A stretch of 56,046 bases of DNA from an uncultured Clostridium sp. Its GTDB lineage: Bacteria; Bacillota; Clostridia; TANB77; CAG-508. Numbering within the stretch: the first letter of the stretch is position 1; the number at the start of each line of letters is the position of its first letter. Positions 50,786-56,046 of the stretch are shown piece by piece. The notes under the pieces are model-generated. The model did no database searches, was not told where the DNA came from, and saw only the letters and a list, made by a program, of their open reading frames with translations. Position numbers and translations under genes: made by a program. The stretch lies in contig CANTHA010000001.1 in NCBI GenBank assembly GCA_947653375.1, positions 1 to 56,046 on the forward strand. Direction: 5' to 3'.

Positions 50786-51346
50786 ATGAAAGAATTAAAT
50801 ATATTTGATTTTGATGATACTATTTATAAAGGTGATAGTTCCATTGATTTTTATTTATTTTGTTTAAAAGAGAATGTAACTTTATTAAGATATTTACCAA
50901 TTCAATTATATGGGATGCTTATGTATAAATTAAAATTAAAATCTAAAGAATTTATGAAAGAAAAATATTTTTCATTTTTAAAAGGAATAAAAAATACTGA
51001 TTATAAAGTAGAAAAATTTTGGAATAAAAATGAAAATAAAATAAGAAATATTTTAATAAAAGATAAAAATAATATAGTTGTTATTTCTGCATCTCCAGAG
51101 TTTTTGTTAAAAGAAATTTGTAAAAAAAATGGAATTGATACTGTAATAGCCACATTAGTGGATAAGAAAAGTGGAAAATTTTTAAGTAAAAATTGTTATG
51201 GAGAAGAAAAAGTAAATAGATTAAATAATGAGTACAAAGATTATTATATAAATGAATTTTATTCTGATTCTAAATCAGATAAATATTTAGCTAAGATTTC
51301 TAAAAAAAGTTTTTTAGTTAAAGGAGATAAAATAGAAAAGTGGTAA
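50786..51346 (+). CDS. HAD-IB family phosphatase
   Basis: IFDFDDTIYKGDS (DxDxT motif I), VISASPEF (motif II) and a C-terminal ..YSDS.SD. Confidence 0.7.
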   Translation: MKELNIFDFDDTIYKGDSSIDFYLFCLKENVTLLRYLPIQLYGMLMYKLKLKSKEFMKEKYFSFLKGIKNTDYKVEKFWNKNENKIRNILIKDKNNIVVISASPEFLLKEICKKNGIDTVIATLVDKKSGKFLSKNCYGEEKVNRLNNEYKDYYINEFYSDSKSDKYLAKISKKSFLVKGDKIEKW

Positions 51347-51430
51347 GTTAAAAAATGCTATAAATATCAAAATTAGTTATAATTAAGTAATTATAAAATT
51401 AATTCTTAATAATAACTAATTTTGTTATTT

Positions 51431-52135
51431 TTATTTCAATATAACAAGACGAATATTTATTGCAGTAGCTGATGCTTCTGAATAAATTTTTATATCTCCT
51501 TCTAAATTATTAACAAATTTTAAGTCATAACTTCCATATGCAACAGCTGCATCTTTGCCAGGAGCTATATAAGGAACTTTATTACTATGAGTGTGCCTTT
51601 CTGTAACTGTTAGTGAAGGTACTGATAAAACTGCATTATATAAAGTAGTACTTATTTGACAGTTTCCACCACCAAGTCCTTTTTTCTTTTTTCCTTTATT
51701 ATCAAATATCTCAGCTTTTTCATATCCTTTATTAGTAGTAGCAGGACCTACTGTTTGACAAAATGAAAAAGTTGCACCTTTTTTTACAAGTGTATCATTT
51801 AATGTTTTACAAGTAATTGCTATATTATTTTGTCTTGCAGAATCTTGAGAATATATTTTTGTTGAATAGGTTGCTATTTCTTCTTCTATAGGAGGTTGTG
51901 AAGTTTCAGATTGTTGCTCATTTAATTTATTTTCTGAATTTATATTTTCTTCAGCATTAGTAGTGTTCTCATTTTTTTTAATATTGTTATCAAATGTATA
52001 ATTAGTAGAAGTCCTATTAGATTCATAAGTATTGTTATTGCTATCTGAAGGAGTATTGTTTTTAAATAAAAAAAATGCACCTATAATTAAAATTACAATA
52101 ACTATAATAACTATTATCCAAATTTTTTTATTCAT
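51431..52135 (-). CDS. VanW-family protein, membrane-anchored
   Basis: N-terminal TM helix, Asn/Thr-rich linker, then FSFCQTVGP.T...GY..A.IF......K..GGG.CQ.STTLYNA....L.V.ERH.HS. I prefer the ATG at 52135 (GGTGAT RBS) over the track start at 52189. Confidence 0.8.
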   Translation of the reverse strand: MNKKIWIIVIIVIVILIIGAFFLFKNNTPSDSNNNTYESNRTSTNYTFDNNIKKNENTTNAEENINSENKLNEQQSETSQPPIEEEIATYSTKIYSQDSARQNNIAITCKTLNDTLVKKGATFSFCQTVGPATTNKGYEKAEIFDNKGKKKKGLGGGNCQISTTLYNAVLSVPSLTVTERHTHSNKVPYIAPGKDAAVAYGSYDLKFVNNLEGDIKIYSEASATAINIRLVILK

Positions 52136-52237
52136 ATATATCACCAATTTTAGTGTAACCAAAAAGTTTAAAATTATTGACATTTTCAAAAAATAAAAGT
52201 ATAATAAATATGTATTTGTTAATAAGGAGAGATAAAT

Positions 52238-52396
52238 ATGCTTTCAAAATATTGGAAAAGAATAGGAATGATTATATTAATTATAGCATGTGTATTTAAT
52301 GTTATGTTTAAACTTATAAATAAATTATCTTTAAAAAAAGAAATGTTATATTCAGCACAATATATATATGAACAAGAAAAAAATGATAATAAATAA
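52238..52396 (+). CDS. Unlisted 52-aa small membrane protein
   Basis: ATG 7 nt after AAGGAGAG. Sequence MLSKYWKRIGMIILIIACVFNVMFKLINKL... has one TM helix. It falls below the track's apparent length cutoff. Confidence 0.4.
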   Translation: MLSKYWKRIGMIILIIACVFNVMFKLINKLSLKKEMLYSAQYIYEQEKNDNK

Positions 52397-52481
52397 TATA
52401 GAAACACTTGAAAAAAAATAATAAATATGTTATGATAAAAAACAGTCAAATTACTTTGAGTCAAGAAAGAGGTGAACATAG

Positions 52482-52682
52482 ATGAAAAAAGATATACAAC
52501 CAGAATATAATGAAACAACAATCACATGTGCATGTGGTAATGTTTTAAAAGTGGGATCTACAAAAAAAGATTTAAAAGTAGATGTATGTTCAAAATGTCA
52601 TCCATACTGGACAGGAAATCTTAGACAGGAAACAGTTGGTGGTAGAGCAGACAAATTCAAGAAGAAATATGGTCTTGCATAA
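52482..52682 (+). CDS. rpmE: 50S ribosomal protein L31 (Zn-binding type A)
   Basis: MKKDIQPEY....ITCACGN......ST......V..CS.CHP.WTG. Confidence 0.95.
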   Translation: MKKDIQPEYNETTITCACGNVLKVGSTKKDLKVDVCSKCHPYWTGNLRQETVGGRADKFKKKYGLA

Positions 52683-52778
52683 TATAAATATTAAAATTAG
52701 TAAATTAGAAGATGAAGTTTGGAATATGCCAAGCTTTATTTTTTACTATAATTATAAATTTAAAAGTATAATTAATTT

Positions 52779-52940
52779 AAAAGTTATAATCTTTATTAAA
52801 AACACAATTTGCTGGTCAGACTAATCATATAAACAAGTTTAAGGATTTTCAAGATATTGAAAAGTTAATCTGTATTATATGTAATAATAAATGTCTTCCC
52901 AAACTGCGCATTAGTGTTTTTACTATATATTATAACTTTT
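52779..52940 (+). repeat. Repeat-family copy D, preceded by a solo right-cap-like segment (52741-52767)
   Basis: aaaagttataatc...tttgctggtcagactaatcatataaac...tgtcttcccaaactgcgcat...tttttactatatattataactttt. Confidence 0.8.
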
Positions 52941-53015
52941 AAATTTAAAATAAAACTCTATATTGCAAAAATTGTCAAAATATAATAAAATATGCAAAGA
53001 GAGTGAGGAAAGAAA

Positions 53016-54428
53016 TTGAAAACAGAAAAAGAAATACAAGAACAGAAAAAATACATGGAAAAAGTAAGTAAGTTATTAGAAAATAAAAAAAATAAATACA
53101 CTATTTTAACAATGGGATGTCAGTTAAATGAAAATGATTCAGAAAAAATATGTGGAATGTTAGAAAAAATGAATTTTTTAAGAACTGAAAATTATAAAGA
53201 TGCAGATTTAGTTGTATTTAACACATGTTGTGTAAGAGAAAATGCAGAAGATAAATTGTTTGGAAAATTAGGAGAATTAAAAAGATTAAAAGAAGAAAAG
53301 GGAATAATAGTAGCAATTGGTGGATGCATGATGCAAGAAAAACATATAACAGATAAAATAAAACAAAGTTATCCATTTGTAGATATTATTTTTGGAACAC
53401 ATACATTACATAAATTTCCAGAAAACTTATATACAGCATTAAAAGAAAAAAAGAAAATTGAGGATATTTTGGATATAGAAGGATATGTATATGAAGGTAT
53501 ACCTATAAAAAGAGAAGATACAATAAAGGCTTCTGTTACTATTATGAATGGATGCAACAATTTTTGTAGTTATTGTATAGTTCCATATGTAAGAGGTAGG
53601 GAAAGAAGTAGACAACCAAGAGCAATAATTAAAGAAGTACAAGAACTAGCTAGAAAAGGTTATAAGGAAATTACTCTTTTAGGTCAAAATGTAAATTCTT
53701 ATTTAAGAGTAGAAAAAGAGAAAAATATAGATTTTGAAAAATTTAAAGGAATAGATTCATTTGCTAAATTATTAAGAGAAATAAATAAAATAGAAGGAAT
53801 AGAAAGAATTCGTTTTGTATCACCACATCCTAAAGATTTTACAGATGATGTAATAGAAGCAATTGCAGATTGTGAAAAAATATGTAAATTAATTCACTTA
53901 CCTTTACAATCTGGAAATACAAAAGTATTAAAAGAAATGAATAGAAAATATACAAAAGAACAATATTTGAATTTAGTTAATAAAATGAAAAATAAAATAC
54001 CAAGTTTAACATTATCAACTGATATAATAGTAGGATTTCCAGGAGAAACAGATAAAGAATTTGAAGACACACTTGATGTAGTAAAAAAAGTTAAATTTGA
54101 ACAAGTATATATGTTTATCTATTCAAGAAGAATAGGGACACCAGGAGATAAAATGGAAAATCAGATTCCAGAAGAACAAAAACATAAAAGATTTGACCAA
54201 TTAAAAAATTTAGTAGAAAATCAAATTCAAGAAAATAATCAAAAATATATAGGAACAACTCAAAGAATATTAGTAGAGGGCGAGAGTAAAAATAATACTG
54301 AATTTTTAACAGGAAGAACTGATAGTAATAAAGTGGTGATTTTTAAAGGTTCAGATGATTTAATAGGAACAATGCAAAATATAAAAATTATATCTGAACA
54401 TATGTGGTATTTGAAAGGAGAAATATAA
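53016..54428 (+). CDS. miaB: tRNA-i6A37 methylthiotransferase
   Basis: TMGCQLNENDSE, NTCCVRE.AE, the radical-SAM motif CNNFCSYCIVP and a TRAM C-terminus. TTG start after GAGGAAAG. Confidence 0.95.
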   Translation: MKTEKEIQEQKKYMEKVSKLLENKKNKYTILTMGCQLNENDSEKICGMLEKMNFLRTENYKDADLVVFNTCCVRENAEDKLFGKLGELKRLKEEKGIIVAIGGCMMQEKHITDKIKQSYPFVDIIFGTHTLHKFPENLYTALKEKKKIEDILDIEGYVYEGIPIKREDTIKASVTIMNGCNNFCSYCIVPYVRGRERSRQPRAIIKEVQELARKGYKEITLLGQNVNSYLRVEKEKNIDFEKFKGIDSFAKLLREINKIEGIERIRFVSPHPKDFTDDVIEAIADCEKICKLIHLPLQSGNTKVLKEMNRKYTKEQYLNLVNKMKNKIPSLTLSTDIIVGFPGETDKEFEDTLDVVKKVKFEQVYMFIYSRRIGTPGDKMENQIPEEQKHKRFDQLKNLVENQIQENNQKYIGTTQRILVEGESKNNTEFLTGRTDSNKVVIFKGSDDLIGTMQNIKIISEHMWYLKGEI

Positions 54429-54430
54429 AC

Positions 54431-56046
54431 ATGGCAGAATTTTCACCTATGATGCAAAAATATATTGAAACAAAAGAAGAATATAAAGACTGCATTTTAT
54501 TTTATCGTTTAGGCGATTTTTATGAGATGTTTTTTGATGATGCAATAACAGCTTCAAGAGAACTAGAATTAACTTTAACAGGAAAAGATTGTGGACAAGC
54601 AGAAAGAGCACCTATGTGTGGTGTACCACATCATGCAGCAGATATGTATGTATCAAAATTAATTGCAAAAGGATATAAAGTAGCAATATGTGAGCAGTTA
54701 GAAGACCCAAAACAAACAAAAGGTATTGTTAAAAGAGGAGTTATTAGAGTTGTTACTCCAGGTACTCTTGTTGATAGCAATATGTTAGAGGAAAGAAAAA
54801 ATAACTATATAATGTCTATTTTTAAATCAGGTATTTATTTTGGAATAAGTGTATGTGATATTTCAACAGGAGAATTTTATTCTGCTGAAATAAAAGATAA
54901 CCATAATTTTCCAATGTTATTAGACGAAATAGCACGTTACACTCCATCAGAATTAGTTGTAAATTCAATGATGTCAGATTCTAAAGAAGAAATAGATAAA
55001 ATAAAAGAAAGATTTGAAAATATTTATATAACAAAATTTAATGATAAATTTTTTAAAAGTGATTTAGATAATCTAAATTTAAGATTTACAATAGAGGATA
55101 ATAAAGGTAAAAAGATAGAAAACTTTGAAGATAAAGAATTATATATTAGTTCAATTCATGCATTAACTGAATATATAGAACAGACACAAAAGACAAGTTT
55201 AGACCATATAAATAAAATTACTGTATACCAAATTTCAAGATATATGGCGTTAGATATTAATGCTAGAAGAAATCTTGAGATAACTGAGAAAATGAGAGAT
55301 AAATCTAAAAAAGGAACATTGCTTTGGGTTTTAGATAAAACATCAACATCAATGGGAGGAAGAATGCTTCGAAGATGGTTAAATGACCCACTAGTAGATG
55401 TTTTAGAAATAAATAAAAGATTGAATTCAGTAAAAGAATTAAAAGATAATATCATGCTAAAAGGAGACATTATTGAAAACTTAAAAAAAGTATATGATAT
55501 AGAAAGATTATCTGGAAAAATGGCATATGGAAATGCAAATGCTAGAGATATGATAACATTAAAAAATTCACTTCACAAATTACCAGAGGTTAAAGAAATA
55601 TTAAAACAATGTAAATCTGACTTTTTAAAAGAATTATATGAAAATTTGGATGAGCTACAAGATATATATGAGTTAATTGAAAAGTCTATAGTAGAAGATC
55701 CACCTATGACAATAAAAGATGGAGGAATAATAAAATTAGGATATGATGATGAAATTGATAAGTTAAAAACAGCTCAAACAGAAGGGAAGAATTGGTTAGT
55801 TCAATTAGAAGCGCAAGAAAAAGAAAAGACTGGAATTAAAAATTTGAAAATAGGTTTTAATAAAGTGTTTGGTTATTTTATTGAAGTTACTAAATCAAAT
55901 TACGATTTAGTACCAGATAGATTTATAAGAAAACAAACTCTAACAAATGCAGAAAGATTTATAACAGAAGAATTAAAAAATCTAGAAAATCAGATTTTAG
56001 GTTCAGAAGAAAAAGTTATTAATTTGGAATATGAGGCATTTGTTGC
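54431..56046 (+). CDS. mutS: DNA mismatch repair protein MutS (3'-partial, runs off the window)
   Basis: SPMMQKYIE.KEEYKDCILFYRLGDFYEMFFDDA..ASRELELTLTG...PMCGVPHHA. I read the frame through to nt 56046 without a stop. Confidence 0.95.
   Translation, partial: MAEFSPMMQKYIETKEEYKDCILFYRLGDFYEMFFDDAITASRELELTLTGKDCGQAERAPMCGVPHHAADMYVSKLIAKGYKVAICEQLEDPKQTKGIVKRGVIRVVTPGTLVDSNMLEERKNNYIMSIFKSGIYFGISVCDISTGEFYSAEIKDNHNFPMLLDEIARYTPSELVVNSMMSDSKEEIDKIKERFENIYITKFNDKFFKSDLDNLNLRFTIEDNKGKKIENFEDKELYISSIHALTEYIEQTQKTSLDHINKITVYQISRYMALDINARRNLEITEKMRDKSKKGTLLWVLDKTSTSMGGRMLRRWLNDPLVDVLEINKRLNSVKELKDNIMLKGDIIENLKKVYDIERLSGKMAYGNANARDMITLKNSLHKLPEVKEILKQCKSDFLKELYENLDELQDIYELIEKSIVEDPPMTIKDGGIIKLGYDDEIDKLKTAQTEGKNWLVQLEAQEKEKTGIKNLKIGFNKVFGYFIEVTKSNYDLVPDRFIRKQTLTNAERFITEELKNLENQILGSEEKVINLEYEAFV

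Noticed and set aside
52219-52824. Track ORFs 52219-52521 (-) and 52582-52824 (+).
   Set aside because: The first is antisense to the RBS-bearing small ORF and to the rpmE start. The second is an out-of-frame overlap of rpmE that runs into the repeat element.
1-56046. Scan for CRISPR arrays, tRNA/rRNA genes, integrases, transposases and recognisable defence operons (restriction-modification, Abi, CBASS-like, retron reverse transcriptase).
   Set aside because: I saw no regular repeat-spacer pattern, no cloverleaf-like GC-rich ~75-nt segments and no rRNA-like blocks. No ORF has integrase, transposase, nuclease-helicase or reverse-transcriptase motifs I could recognise. The only toxin-like module is the Phd/RelE pair.

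Overview
Low-GC, Clostridia-like chromosomal segment. spoVS, ytfJ, a T-box-regulated ileS and the rny-ymdB pair support that placement, and almost all genes are on the + strand.

**Layout**
- nt 1-19.8 kb: cell-wall glycopolymer locus. It holds rmlADCB for dTDP-rhamnose, glf for galactofuranose, six GT2 glycosyltransferases (three look like polyprenyl-phosphate sugar synthases), GtrA, DUF2304 and a small DMT-like membrane protein. Two very large secreted peptidoglycan hydrolases made of tandem ricin-type beta-trefoil lectin modules (GH25 and GH73 catalytic ends) are embedded in it.
- 20-42.9 kb: housekeeping genes. These are trxB/trxA, an RluA-family synthase, trmB, pta, two tandem ackA paralogs, ileS, rny, ymdB, spoVS, an orphan solute-binding protein, recA, an oppositely oriented higher-GC purB, recX, scpA and ytfI/ytfJ.
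- 43-44.4 kb: a Phd/RelE-type toxin-antitoxin pair next to two gene remnants.
- 44.6-52.2 kb: a D-Ala-D-Ala carboxypeptidase, then an envelope-modification cluster (two family-3 acyltransferases, a 520-aa polytopic protein, a DPPR-synthase-like UbiA prenyltransferase, a HAD phosphatase), then VanW.
- 52.2-56 kb: rpmE, miaB and a partial mutS.

**Not found:** rRNA, tRNA, CRISPR array, transposase, integrase or a recognisable defence operon.

**Most unusual signals**
1. A strand-biased family of ~160-bp palindrome-capped intergenic elements. The core is conserved and shows compensatory changes. There are 5 full copies plus solo ends.
2. Lectin-module autolysins encoded inside the glycan locus.
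3. Three frameshifted genes in that locus, two of them at poly-A runs.
4. A lipid-linked pentofuranose-type cluster (UbiA + HAD + polytopic protein).

All functional calls come from reading the translated ORFs and from motif memory. No database search was run.
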